A DNA stretch of 60,927 nucleotides from Candidatus Omnitrophota bacterium. GTDB lineage: Bacteria; Omnitrophota; Gorgyraeia; JAZDFF01. The stretch's first letter is position 1. Every line of letters starts with the position of its first letter. The position numbers and the translations under genes are program-made. The notes beneath the pieces are model-generated. The model saw only the letters and a program-made list of their open reading frames with translations, did not search any database and had not been told where the DNA came from. The DNA lies in contig JAZDFF010000005.1 of assembly GCA_043808095.1 (NCBI GenBank), positions 1 to 60,927 of the forward strand, in the 5' to 3' direction. Positions 52,867 to 60,927 of this stretch are shown here, piece by piece.

Positions 52867-54726
52867 ATGAACCTATCCACTCACAAAGGCTTTGCCCTGA
52901 TGCTGGCTATCTTTATGATCCTGGCCTTTGCCGTGCTGGGGATGGCCTCACTTTCCCTTATGGCTGCAAGGTTAGACATCGCCACCAGGAACCTCAATAG
53001 CGTCCAGGCCTACTACATCGCCGAAGGAGCCAGGCAGTACTTCTTAGAATATGTGGTTAACTGGGACACGAACTTCTCTAACAACACCAATCCTCAATTT
53101 ACTAAGACCTTAGGCAGCGGGAATTTTGTCGTATCGTATGTAAGCGCAGGAGAGCGCGCTGCTACAGTCAGATTCCGTGCCACCATTGCCTCTCCTCAAG
53201 GAGATATCTCAAGAAGCCTGAGGCAGGATTTTGACGGGCATCCCTACAGCGCAAGCACCCCGCCCACAGATACCAATGATCTAGCCCAGAACCTGCAGTA
53301 TTATGCGGCTTATTTTGGATCTACGGCTGCAGAGGTTTGGAATCATCAACCTAGCCCATTTGCATATTATACTTTTGACGGGAATGTATATTCGCGAGCA
53401 GCCACTCTTACCTTTCATAACAATAGCTGTTGTGCATTTGTATCATTTGGTAGATCTGCTTATCCGGCAGCATTATTTGTAGATGGCAATGTTGTGGCTG
53501 AAACCGGTTCTTTCTTTTACAACAACCCAGATACGCTTAATCTCTGTTGCAGAAACTATACCCACAACGATTATCAAAATATTGGTAATGCCTTTTCGGG
53601 GAATATTAGGGCAATGGGTAATGTAGTAATGAATGATCCGGGTTGTTATTACGACTCAGACCATTTTGGGAGTATTTATACAGCAGGTAGTCTTACAAAC
53701 GGTGGCGGTTGGGCATTTATTGGCGACCCTATGGCAGCGGATTCCATTAATGAATTAATATATGTTGCCCAAGATGTAATAAATAGCGGGACGATAGGAG
53801 ACAGTCCTAATGACCAGCTTCATTACAAAGGAACTTTGGATCCTATCGGGACAATAAACGCCGCATATCATCAAGACCTACCGGGCTCCCCAGGGTTCGA
53901 CGACGACCACTATGGTTATGCCAATTGCCTTCCTTCACCTCCACTCAAACCGCTAATTAATACTAACTGGGATCCAACTAACCCCACCAACCCCTCTTAC
54001 TCCTATTTTGCCAAGGAAATAAGTATTGCCCAAAATATCAGTTCTTCTAATGAGCCCGGAGGGCTTTATCTTGGTAATAAATCGTTTTCTGGTGATTTAG
54101 ATTTAGCCGGAAAGAATCGCTATGTCAAAGGGGATGTTACTATAGACGGAGATATTACCGGCACCCCTGCTAATATAGTGGCTACAGGCTCTATTACTGT
54201 AACTCGAAAGTTTGGTGCAAGTAGAACAGTGGCCAAACGCATCAGTCTTATCAGCGGCTCTAATATTGACATTGGCATGGCTGCCTTGGTCGGCTACGAT
54301 ACTAATGATGATGAAGGCGCGATGTTATTTGCTATGGGTACTACTAATAGCAATGTGGCAATAGCCGTATATCAGAGCGCAATTGTCAAAGGAAGGATGC
54401 TTACGCCGGCAAATGCAGACACAGGTGCGGGGCGGCGTAATGTTATTGGTATAAGACGTAATGAAGATACGGGTTATCGTGGAAAGGCTGATGGCTTAAT
54501 ATACACTCAATCTATAGGCTCAAGTTTCGGGGAGGGCTGGGGAAGTATATTTAGCGATGAGCAGGCCCGTACTATAAACTGGGATAATAGTCCTCCCACG
54601 TATGGTACGGCAAGCTCTCTTACTTACATAATTGCTCATGGTCAACAAGGCTATGGTACCAAATTTATTCCCCTCTGTGTCAAAGGCCTCTATGACATCA
54701 CACGTACGAACTTGAGGGAGGAGTGA
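52867..54726 (+). CDS. large GspK/PilX-like minor pseudopilin lacking Glu+5 (619 aa)
   Basis: THKG|FALMLAIFMILAFAVLG...ATRNLNSVQAYYIAEGARQY shows a PilX_N/GspK-like N-terminus. The long Gly/Asn/Thr-rich C-terminal region belongs to no family I recognise. Confidence 0.6.
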   Translation: MNLSTHKGFALMLAIFMILAFAVLGMASLSLMAARLDIATRNLNSVQAYYIAEGARQYFLEYVVNWDTNFSNNTNPQFTKTLGSGNFVVSYVSAGERAATVRFRATIASPQGDISRSLRQDFDGHPYSASTPPTDTNDLAQNLQYYAAYFGSTAAEVWNHQPSPFAYYTFDGNVYSRAATLTFHNNSCCAFVSFGRSAYPAALFVDGNVVAETGSFFYNNPDTLNLCCRNYTHNDYQNIGNAFSGNIRAMGNVVMNDPGCYYDSDHFGSIYTAGSLTNGGGWAFIGDPMAADSINELIYVAQDVINSGTIGDSPNDQLHYKGTLDPIGTINAAYHQDLPGSPGFDDDHYGYANCLPSPPLKPLINTNWDPTNPTNPSYSYFAKEISIAQNISSSNEPGGLYLGNKSFSGDLDLAGKNRYVKGDVTIDGDITGTPANIVATGSITVTRKFGASRTVAKRISLISGSNIDIGMAALVGYDTNDDEGAMLFAMGTTNSNVAIAVYQSAIVKGRMLTPANADTGAGRRNVIGIRRNEDTGYRGKADGLIYTQSIGSSFGEGWGSIFSDEQARTINWDNSPPTYGTASSLTYIIAHGQQGYGTKFIPLCVKGLYDITRTNLREE

Positions 54727-54778
54727 GATAAGATGTTAGGTTAAAGGTAAAAGGTGAAAGGTTGAAGGTAAGTTTGGC

Positions 54779-54806
54779 TTGACTTTTTGAATTTATATGG
54801 TATACT
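54779..54806 (+). promoter_or_regulatory. promoter TTGACT-16-TGgTATACT upstream of the pyr operon
   Basis: The -35 is at 54779-54784 and the -10 at 54801-54806, preceded by TG at -15/-14. Confidence 0.5.
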
Positions 54807-54853
54807 TATTTTAACCTTTAAACCGGCTCTTGAGAAGCCGGTAAGGAGAGAAA

Positions 54854-54940
54854 ATGTTACAGTTGAATAAAATAATTACGAGGTCCCGAAAATCTATTCG
54901 GGGCCTTTTATTTTGCCCGGGGGCCTATGATGAGCTTTAA
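54854..54940 (+). CDS. possible 28-aa leader peptide spanning the pyr attenuator
   Basis: TAAGGAGAG SD 4 nt before ATG 54854. The [31 protein letters not shown] runs through the terminator hairpin and ends 14 nt inside pyrR, in another frame. Confidence 0.3.
   Translation: MLQLNKIITRSRKSIRGLLFCPGAYDEL
54881..54914 (+). terminator. intrinsic terminator/attenuator in the pyrR leader
   Basis: A 10-bp stem AGGUCCCGAA / UUCGGGGCCU (loop AAUCUA) followed by UUUAUUUU, located 13 nt upstream of the pyrR ATG. Confidence 0.65.
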
Positions 54941-55475
54941 AGAGAAGGCGAAATTATTGGATAAAGAAGCGATCGAGCGCACACTGATGCGCATTGCCCA
55001 TGAGATTTTAGAAAAAAATCAGGGTTTATCGGATTTGGCCCTGATTGGTATCCGTAACCGCGGCGCCTATTTAGCCGGCCGCCTTAAGGATTGTATTAAA
55101 AAGATAAGCAATCAGGAGGTGCCGGTGGGGATTCTGGATATCACCCTTTATCGCGACGACTTAAGCCTAATCTCCGCAAGCCCTGTGGTGCATAAGACTG
55201 AGATTGATTTCGATATTGAAGGTAAAATTATTATTTTAGTGGATGATGTCTTATTCAGCGGAAGGACTATCCGCTCGGCCTTAGATGCCTTGATTGATTT
55301 TGGCCGGCCCAAAGAGATTCAGTTGGCGGTTTTAATTGACCGCGGACATAGAGAATTACCTATCCGCGCCGATTACGTGGGCAAAAACATCCCTACTTCT
55401 TTAAAAGAAAATGTAGAAGTGCGCTTAGAAGAAGCAGACGGCAGGGACGAAGTGGTGATTGTGGAGAAGTTATGA
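54927..55475 (+). CDS. pyrR: bifunctional pyr operon regulator / uracil phosphoribosyltransferase PyrR
   Basis: [12 protein letters not shown]...[21 protein letters not shown] (PRPP motif)...[13 protein letters not shown]. Confidence 0.9.
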   Translation: MMSFKEKAKLLDKEAIERTLMRIAHEILEKNQGLSDLALIGIRNRGAYLAGRLKDCIKKISNQEVPVGILDITLYRDDLSLISASPVVHKTEIDFDIEGKIIILVDDVLFSGRTIRSALDALIDFGRPKEIQLAVLIDRGHRELPIRADYVGKNIPTSLKENVEVRLEEADGRDEVVIVEKL

Positions 55476-55673
55476 AGTTGAAGCAAAATTATTTGACTTT
55501 TTGTTATTGAAACTCGTTTAACGTTGTAGATGCTCGTATCGATACTTGAAGCTGGAAGCTCGAAATAAAATGAGATAATCAAGTTTCTACAACGAGCTTC
55601 GATACCAGCATCCCTGCCCGTCGGCAGACAGGGATAACCATAGACGAGTATCGAGCCTCTTTAAGCTAAGAAA

Positions 55674-56621
55674 ATGATCTGGACGCGTAAAGACTTATTA
55701 GGCCTGGAAGATTTAACTAAAGAAGAGATTCAGTTTATCCTTGATACCACTGATTCCTTTAAAGAGGTTTCAACGCGCGAGATTAAAAAGGTCCCGGCCT
55801 TACGCGGCAAGACCGTAGTGAATTTATTTTATGAACCCTCCACGCGCACCCGGGTCTCTTTTGAGGTGGCGGCAAAGAGATTATCCGCCGACGTGATTAA
55901 TATTATGGCTGAGTCTTCGAGTGTGGCAAAGGGCGAGACCTTAATCGATACCGGAAGAAACATCCAGTTCTTGAAGGCAGACATCATTGTCATAAGGCAT
56001 AGTTTTTCCGGGGCGCCCATTCTACTTTCTAAGCACGTCGATATCAGCGTGGTTAATGCCGGAGACGGCCGGCATGAACATCCCACCCAGGCGCTTCTGG
56101 ATATCTTTACCCTCAAAGAGAAATTGGGCAGAATCGAAGGCCTCAATGTCAGTATTGTCGGAGATATTGCGCATTCGCGTGTTGCCCGTTCCAATATCTG
56201 GGGACTGACCAAGCTAGGTGCGCAGGTTACGGTCTGCGCGCCCCAAATACTTATTCCGCCTGCTATTGAACAACTGGGTGTGCGCGTCACCCACGATATA
56301 GACGATGCCCTTCACAATGCCGATGCCGTAAACGTCCTGCGCATGCAGTTTGAGCGCGATGAAAGCGATGCCTTCCCGAAACAACTGGAATATTTTAAGA
56401 ACTTCGGCATTACCAAAGAAAGGTTAAAGAAGGCCAAGAAAAATATTCTGGTTATGCACCCCGGCCCTTTAAATCGTGGTATTGAAATATCCTCTGACGT
56501 AGCTGACGGAGGAAATTCCGTGATTTTAGAGCAGGTTACAAACGGAATCGCAGTGAGGATGGCAGTCTTGTTCTTAGTAACTCAAGCACAGGATAAGAAA
56601 AGAGTAGAGAGTAGCGAGTAG
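55674..56621 (+). CDS. pyrB: aspartate carbamoyltransferase catalytic subunit
   Basis: FYEPSTRTRVSFE, HPTQALLD, HPGPLNRG. The last codons and the TAG stop lie in a GAGTAGCGAGTAG word repeat (56609-56621). Confidence 0.95.
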   Translation: MIWTRKDLLGLEDLTKEEIQFILDTTDSFKEVSTREIKKVPALRGKTVVNLFYEPSTRTRVSFEVAAKRLSADVINIMAESSSVAKGETLIDTGRNIQFLKADIIVIRHSFSGAPILLSKHVDISVVNAGDGRHEHPTQALLDIFTLKEKLGRIEGLNVSIVGDIAHSRVARSNIWGLTKLGAQVTVCAPQILIPPAIEQLGVRVTHDIDDALHNADAVNVLRMQFERDESDAFPKQLEYFKNFGITKERLKKAKKNILVMHPGPLNRGIEISSDVADGGNSVILEQVTNGIAVRMAVLFLVTQAQDKKRVESSE

Positions 56622-56632
56622 CAATAATGAGA

Positions 56633-56771
56633 AAATTACAAATCCCAAATCCCAAATCACAAACAAATCTCAATTCCGAAATCCCAATGACCAAAACAAA
56701 AGCTTTTGTTTGTAATTTTGGTATTTGATATTGTATATTGTTTGTTATTTGTGGTTTGTTTATTGTAATTT
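56633..56771. repeat. word-hairpin element, CCCAAAT/ATTTG(G) family
   Basis: aaattacaaatcccaaatcccaaatcacaaacaaatctcaattccgaaatcccaatgaccaaaacaaaagc | ttttgtttgtaattttggtatttgatattgtatattgtttgttatttgtggtttgtttattgtaattt. Confidence 0.8.
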
Positions 56772-56799
56772 AATGTCCCCTCTACTTTAAAGGATAATT

Positions 56800-58089
56800 A
56801 TGAAACTATTAATCAAAAACGGACATGTAGTTGACCCTGTAAATAAGCTAAACGAAGTCCGCGATATTTTAATCGTAGGCACGCATATTTCTAAGGTGGC
56901 CGGGGATATAGAGGATAAAGCCGATAAAATAATTGACGCCAGCGGCAAAATCGTTATGCCCGGCATAATTGACATGCATGTGCACCTGCGCGAGCCTGGT
57001 CGGGAAGACAAAGAGACTATTGAGACTGGAACCAAAGCCGCTCTAAGAGGCGGGGTTACCTCAGTCCTGGCCATGCCCAATACTGAGCCGGCCATGGATT
57101 CTGTTGAGAACGTCCGTCAGTTAAAAGATATTATTAAAAAAAGCGCCTGCGCCAATGTTTACATTGCCGGTGCTATTACCAAGGCGCGAGCCGGCAAAGA
57201 ACTGACTGATATAGCCAAACTAAAAAAAGAAGGCGTAATTGCCATAACTGATGACGGCGCCTCTGTAGACGATGAAAAAATACTTAAAGAGGTATTAAAA
57301 TTAGCCAAGAAGGAAGGCATTTTAGTCATCTGTCACTGCGAAGACAAGGCCATCACCAGAAGCGGAGTAATTAATCTGGGGATAATGTCTACACGCCTGG
57401 GTTTAAAAGGAACACCCCGGGAGTCAGAATATAAAAGGGTCCAAAGAGATATTCAGTTAGCGCAAAAACTAGACGCACCTATCCATATCGCCCATGTCAG
57501 TTGCAAGGAATCTATTGAGATTATCGCGCAGGCCAAAAAAATTGGCCTAAGAGTGACGGCTGAGACTGCGCCTCATTATTTCTGTTTTTGCGATGAGGAT
57601 CTCTTTGAATATAATACCAATCTAAAAGTCAATCCTCCGCTAAAGGCCAAAGAAGATGTCCAGGCGATTAAAGAGGCACTAAAAAATGGGATAATCGATG
57701 TGATTGCCTCGGATCACGCCCCACATACGGAAAATGAAAAAGATGTAGAGTTTGAGCGCGCAGAATTTGGGGCTATCGGACTTGAGACGGAACTGGCAGC
57801 CTCAATCAGCGAGCTAATCATTGGCAAGATACTTGATTGGCCGGCGTTGGTAGAAAGATTATCTACAAACCCCGCTAAGGTCCTTGGGCTAAAGACCAAG
57901 GGCGCCTTGTCCGTTGGCCTTGACGCGGATATAATTGTTGTCGACCCGCAAAAAGAATGGCTGGTTAAAAAAGATGGTTTTCAATCCAAAGCCAAAAACT
58001 CTCCCTTTATCGGCCGCACTTTAAGAGGAATAGTCGAATATACTATCTGTAACGGGGAAATTGCCTATATAAACGCGAATAATCGCTAA
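56800..58089 (+). CDS. pyrC: dihydroorotase
   Basis: PGIIDMHVHLREPG...DHAPH metal-binding motifs. 429 aa. Confidence 0.9.
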   Translation: MKLLIKNGHVVDPVNKLNEVRDILIVGTHISKVAGDIEDKADKIIDASGKIVMPGIIDMHVHLREPGREDKETIETGTKAALRGGVTSVLAMPNTEPAMDSVENVRQLKDIIKKSACANVYIAGAITKARAGKELTDIAKLKKEGVIAITDDGASVDDEKILKEVLKLAKKEGILVICHCEDKAITRSGVINLGIMSTRLGLKGTPRESEYKRVQRDIQLAQKLDAPIHIAHVSCKESIEIIAQAKKIGLRVTAETAPHYFCFCDEDLFEYNTNLKVNPPLKAKEDVQAIKEALKNGIIDVIASDHAPHTENEKDVEFERAEFGAIGLETELAASISELIIGKILDWPALVERLSTNPAKVLGLKTKGALSVGLDADIIVVDPQKEWLVKKDGFQSKAKNSPFIGRTLRGIVEYTICNGEIAYINANNR

Positions 58090-58171
58090 TCAAACGCGAA
58101 TTTACGCTAATTTAAGACGAATAGTCACGAATTTTTATTCGTGAAAATTAGTGTGTAATTTGTGAAAATTT
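58086..58171. repeat. word-hairpin element, CGAAT/CGCTAAT family
   Basis: cgctaatcaaacgcgaatttacgctaat...tcacgaatttttattcgtgaaaattagtgtg. Confidence 0.75.
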
Positions 58172-58633
58172 GTGAATCATAAATTTATCCTAACCCGTGA
58201 ATTAGGCAGGCTCGCCAAATGGCTGCGCATTATCGGGTATGATACTTTTTATTATCAAGCAGGAAACCCCAGTACCCTAATAATTTCGGCGCTACGCCAA
58301 GAGCGCATAATACTCACCCGTAATACCAGAATCGGCTCTCATCCAGGATTAAAGATTATCAGGATAAACAGCGACTTCGTAAAAGAACAGCTCGGGCAAG
58401 TCCTCAAAGATCTTAATATATCCCCGGATAAAAATTTGATGTTTTCCCGCTGCATAATCTGTAATGAAGAATTGATAAAGGCACAGAAAAACAGTATAAT
58501 GGATAAGGTCCCGGAGTTTGTTTATAAGACCAATGCGGATTTTGTCAGCTGTCCCAGGTGTAAACGAATATACTGGCGGGGCACGCATTGGGGAAACGTT
58601 AAAGAAATAATTGCTAAATTGTCAAATTGTTAA
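58172..58633 (+). CDS. Mut7-C RNase-domain (DUF82) protein
   Basis: LGRLAKWLRIIGYDT and a C-terminal zinc ribbon CIICNEEL...CPRCKRIYWRGTHW. Confidence 0.7.
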   Translation: MNHKFILTRELGRLAKWLRIIGYDTFYYQAGNPSTLIISALRQERIILTRNTRIGSHPGLKIIRINSDFVKEQLGQVLKDLNISPDKNLMFSRCIICNEELIKAQKNSIMDKVPEFVYKTNADFVSCPRCKRIYWRGTHWGNVKEIIAKLSNC

Positions 58634-58685
58634 ATTGTTTTCAATTTAGCAGTTTAGCCATTTAACAGTTTAACAATAATTTAAT

Positions 58686-59927
58686 ATGCAATTTATTGCC
58701 GACTTTCATATCCACTCCAAATATTCACGTGCCACCAGCCGTGACATGGATACCCAGCATTTGTCCGACTGGGCCAGGCTTAAAGGCATATCCCTTTTAG
58801 GTAGCGGCGACTTCACCCACCATCTCTGGCTTGAGGAATTAAAATCCCATCTCGAGCCTCTAAATAACGGTTTATTTATCTATAATAACGTTAATTTTAT
58901 TCTGACCGCCGAGATAAGCAGTATCTATTCCAAGCGCGGCAAGACCTATCGCGTCCACACGGTCATATTGGCACCCTCTTTTAAGGTTGTAGATCAAATA
59001 AATCACCATCTTTCCAGTATCGGCAATCTCGCCTCCGATGGCAGGCCTATCTTAGGATTAGACGTGCAGGAACTGACGCGGATTGTCTTGGATATCTCGC
59101 CCGAGTGCTTAATTGTGCCCGGACACATCTGGACTCCTTGGTTTAGCCTATTCGGTTCGATGTCAGGTTTCAACAGCATTGAGGCCTGTTTTGAAGACCA
59201 GGCCCAAAATATTTTTTGTTTGGAGACCGGTTTATCGTCGGATCCTGGTATGAACTGGCGTTGGTCAGCCCTGGATAGATTTAGCCTGATCAGTAATTCC
59301 GACAGCCATTCTCCGTCTAAGATCGGCCGCGAGGCCAATGTCTTTAATTGCGACCTGGACTATAAAACTATCATCGAGGTCTTAAAGACCAAAGACAAAA
59401 AAAGATTTTTATACACTGTTGAGTTTTTCCCCGAGGAAGGTAAATACCATTTTGACGGGCATCGGCTCTGCGGGGTGAGGTTTTCGCCTAAAGAGTCCAA
59501 GGAGCATAGAAATACCTGCCCCAAATGTAAAAAACCCTTAACTATCGGCGTAATGAACCGCGTAGATCAACTTGCCGACAGAGAAGAAGGTTTTAGGCCG
59601 GATAACGCTATCCCGTTTAAAAATCGCATCCCCTTGAATGAGATAATTGCCGAGGCAAAGGGCCTGACCAAGGCCACCCAGGCCGTAGAAAGGGAATATT
59701 TTTCCATTATCAGTAAATTCGGCAACGAATTTGAGGTCCTGGCAAACGTACCCAAAGAGGATCTAAAAAAATCAATTAATCCGCGCATTGCCGACGGGAT
59801 TCTTAGGGTACGCGAAGGAAGGGTAAAAATTCTTCCCGGCTTTGACGGAGAATACGGCAGTATCCAGATCTTTGGCCTGGATGATAAAAAAGAAGAAAGC
59901 GGCGAGAAGCAGATGAGCTTCTTCTAA
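58686..59927 (+). CDS. endonuclease Q-like PHP-domain protein (TIGR00375-type)
   Basis: MQFIADFHIHSKYSRATS PHP N-terminus and an internal zinc finger CPKCKKPLTIGVMNRV. Confidence 0.65.
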   Translation: MQFIADFHIHSKYSRATSRDMDTQHLSDWARLKGISLLGSGDFTHHLWLEELKSHLEPLNNGLFIYNNVNFILTAEISSIYSKRGKTYRVHTVILAPSFKVVDQINHHLSSIGNLASDGRPILGLDVQELTRIVLDISPECLIVPGHIWTPWFSLFGSMSGFNSIEACFEDQAQNIFCLETGLSSDPGMNWRWSALDRFSLISNSDSHSPSKIGREANVFNCDLDYKTIIEVLKTKDKKRFLYTVEFFPEEGKYHFDGHRLCGVRFSPKESKEHRNTCPKCKKPLTIGVMNRVDQLADREEGFRPDNAIPFKNRIPLNEIIAEAKGLTKATQAVEREYFSIISKFGNEFEVLANVPKEDLKKSINPRIADGILRVREGRVKILPGFDGEYGSIQIFGLDDKKEESGEKQMSFF

Positions 59928-59934
59928 CTCAGAT

Positions 59935-60078
59935 AAATAAATGTTAAAAGTAAATGTCCAATTCCTAATTTCTAATGTCGAATAAATTCCTAATAACTAA
60001 TTTTAAAATTAAATTTGAAATTGATTCATTAGTCATTTATTAGGATTTAGGAATTAGTAATTCGAAATTTATCATGGG
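59935..60078. repeat. word-hairpin element, ATTAGTCAT / AATTCCTAA family
   Basis: aatgtccaattcctaatttctaatgtcgaataaattcctaataactaat...cattagtcatttattaggatttaggaattagtaattcgaaatt. Confidence 0.8.
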
Positions 60079-60084
60079 GTCAAG

Positions 60085-60564
60085 ATGAGGGCGATAATCA
60101 TCTACTATTCCTATTCCGGCAATACCAAAAAGGTCGCTGAGGTTTTAGCCGAGTATTTAAAACAAAAAGGCGAGGTAGAGATTATTGGATTAGAGGCGCA
60201 GGATGAATCAAACAATTTCTTCGCCCAATGCAGGAGGGCGTTCTGGCATAAGAGGGCAAGCATTGCCCCGATACAAAATGATTTATCCGGTTATGATTTG
60301 ATATGCCTGGGTACCCCGGTCTGGGCATTTGGGCCTAGCCCGGCAATGAATGCCTATTTAGAACAATGCTTTGGCCTGGTAGGCAAAGACATAATTTTAT
60401 TTACCACCTATGGCAGCGGCACGGGAAATAACCGCTGCCTAAATTATATGCAGGAGGCCTTATCCAAAAAAGGCGCCAGGCAATTTAAACGATTCTCTAT
60501 CCAGCAGTTTAAGGTCAAAGATAAAGAATTCGTTTTGTCTAAAATTAAAGAGACAATACTTTAA
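60085..60564 (+). CDS. flavodoxin-family protein
   Basis: MRAIIIYYSYSGNTKKVAE is the typical flavodoxin-like FMN-loop N-terminus. 159 aa. Confidence 0.7.
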   Translation: MRAIIIYYSYSGNTKKVAEVLAEYLKQKGEVEIIGLEAQDESNNFFAQCRRAFWHKRASIAPIQNDLSGYDLICLGTPVWAFGPSPAMNAYLEQCFGLVGKDIILFTTYGSGTGNNRCLNYMQEALSKKGARQFKRFSIQQFKVKDKEFVLSKIKETIL

Positions 60565-60565
60565 G

Positions 60566-60637
60566 GCCCCCGTGGCCCAATGGATAGGGCACTAGCCTCC
60601 GGAGCTGGTGGTACAGGTTCGACTCCTGTCGGGGGCA
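60566..60637 (+). tRNA. tRNA-Arg (anticodon CCG)
   Basis: Acceptor GCCCCCG/CGGGGGC, D-arm GCCC-AAUGGAUA-GGGC, anticodon arm CUAGC-CUCCGGA-GCUGG, T-arm ACAGG-UUCGACU-CCUGU, discriminator A. Confidence 0.9.
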
Positions 60638-60649
60638 TTTAGACAGTTG

Positions 60650-60818
60650 AAGGAGGCGAACCTAAAGGGGTGTGGGGAAAAAGTTTCCCCACGCTTTCGG
60701 GGTAACAGCGACCCGCCGCAGACGGGGAGCGCCATAGGGGCAGCGCCCCTTTGGGGAGCGACGAGCGAAACGAGGAGCGACAGGTTAGAGGTCCGAATCC
60801 TCTATCGCCCACCAGAGG
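60650..60818 (+). ncRNA. GC-rich structured region with a tRNA-like 3' end (unclassified candidate RNA or leader)
   Basis: Hairpins GUGGGGA-AAAAGUU-UCCCCAC and GGGGAGCG..CGCCCC, and a T-arm-like AGAGG-UCCGAAU-CCUCU (60787-60803) followed by AUCGCCC-ACCA. GGCGA (60655-60659) can pair with UCGCC. An alternative hairpin is CCUCU..AGAGG (60799-60818). The only ORF here starts inside tRNA-Arg. Confidence 0.3.
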
Positions 60819-60852
60819 TTAATGCTGATGCGGCCCGTTATAAAGGAGGAGA

Positions 60853-60927
60853 GTGACTGACCTGAAGGCACAGATAGGACATCTGGTCCAGCTGCAGAAA
60901 ATAGACAGCGAAATATACTCCCTGAAA
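60853..60927 (+). CDS. N-terminus of a COG1579-type coiled-coil/zinc-ribbon protein (partial, runs off the window)
   Basis: AAGGAGGAG SD, then a GTG start: VTDLKAQIGHLVQLQKIDSEIYSLK. This resembles the typical L..LQ.ID.EI..L N-terminus of that family. Confidence 0.5.
   Translation, partial: MTDLKAQIGHLVQLQKIDSEIYSLK

Noticed and set aside
60650-60818. A tmRNA, RNase P RNA or SRP RNA identity for the structured region ending in ACCA.
   Set aside because: The region is too short for tmRNA or RNase P. It lacks a G3:U70 pair, a tag ORF and a 7-bp acceptor partner. It also lacks the GAGGAAAGUCC (RNase P) and GGAA-tetraloop/AGCA (SRP) signatures, and the T-loop is UCCGAAU rather than UUCGAAU.
60608-60856. 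An 82-aa ORF covering the GC-rich region after tRNA-Arg.
   Set aside because: Its start codon lies inside tRNA-Arg. There is no start after the only SD-like sequence, and the Gly/Arg/Pro-rich translation is typical of GC-rich non-coding sequence.

Overview
This ~61-kb chromosomal window spans the replication origin of a bacterium whose lineage I cannot assign from the sequence alone. Every gene left of ~36.0 kb is on the minus strand and every gene right of it is on the plus strand. The switch point carries divergent rpmH and dnaA, tandem DnaA boxes and two parS-like palindromes.

Gene content is mostly housekeeping:
- gltX, a four-subunit 2-oxoacid:ferredoxin oxidoreductase, dxs, ymdB-like/rny, rarA, pheST and trkH/trkA.
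- thrS-infC-rpmI-rplT, gmk/rpoZ/coaC, yicC, ndk, parAB and jag-yidC-yidD-rpmH.
- dnaA-dnaN-DUF721-gyrB-gyrA, glmS-nagB, yvcK-like, rsmI, pyrR-pyrB-pyrC, and seven tRNAs.

Accessory or odd content:
1. Two homing-endonuclease ORFs (GIY-YIG and LAGLIDADG) each sit behind a tRNA-like fragment and terminate inside a downstream intact tRNA gene.
2. An AT-rich membrane-protein ORF is wedged between two tRNAs.
3. An Avd-like four-helix-bundle gene is inserted in a gspH/I/J/K-like minor-pseudopilin operon.
4. There are two candidate structured RNAs.
5. Most striking, nearly every intergenic spacer, including spacers inside conserved operons, is filled by long imperfect hairpins. These are built from short degenerate words and fall into recurrent families that share exact 13-30-mers. 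Fragments of them lie in frame inside pheT, pheS and the pyrB 3' end.

I saw no rRNA, CRISPR array, cas gene, transposase, integrase or recognisable defence operon.

All calls were made by eye from the sequence and the ORF track. Protein family names come from recognised motifs, not from database searches.
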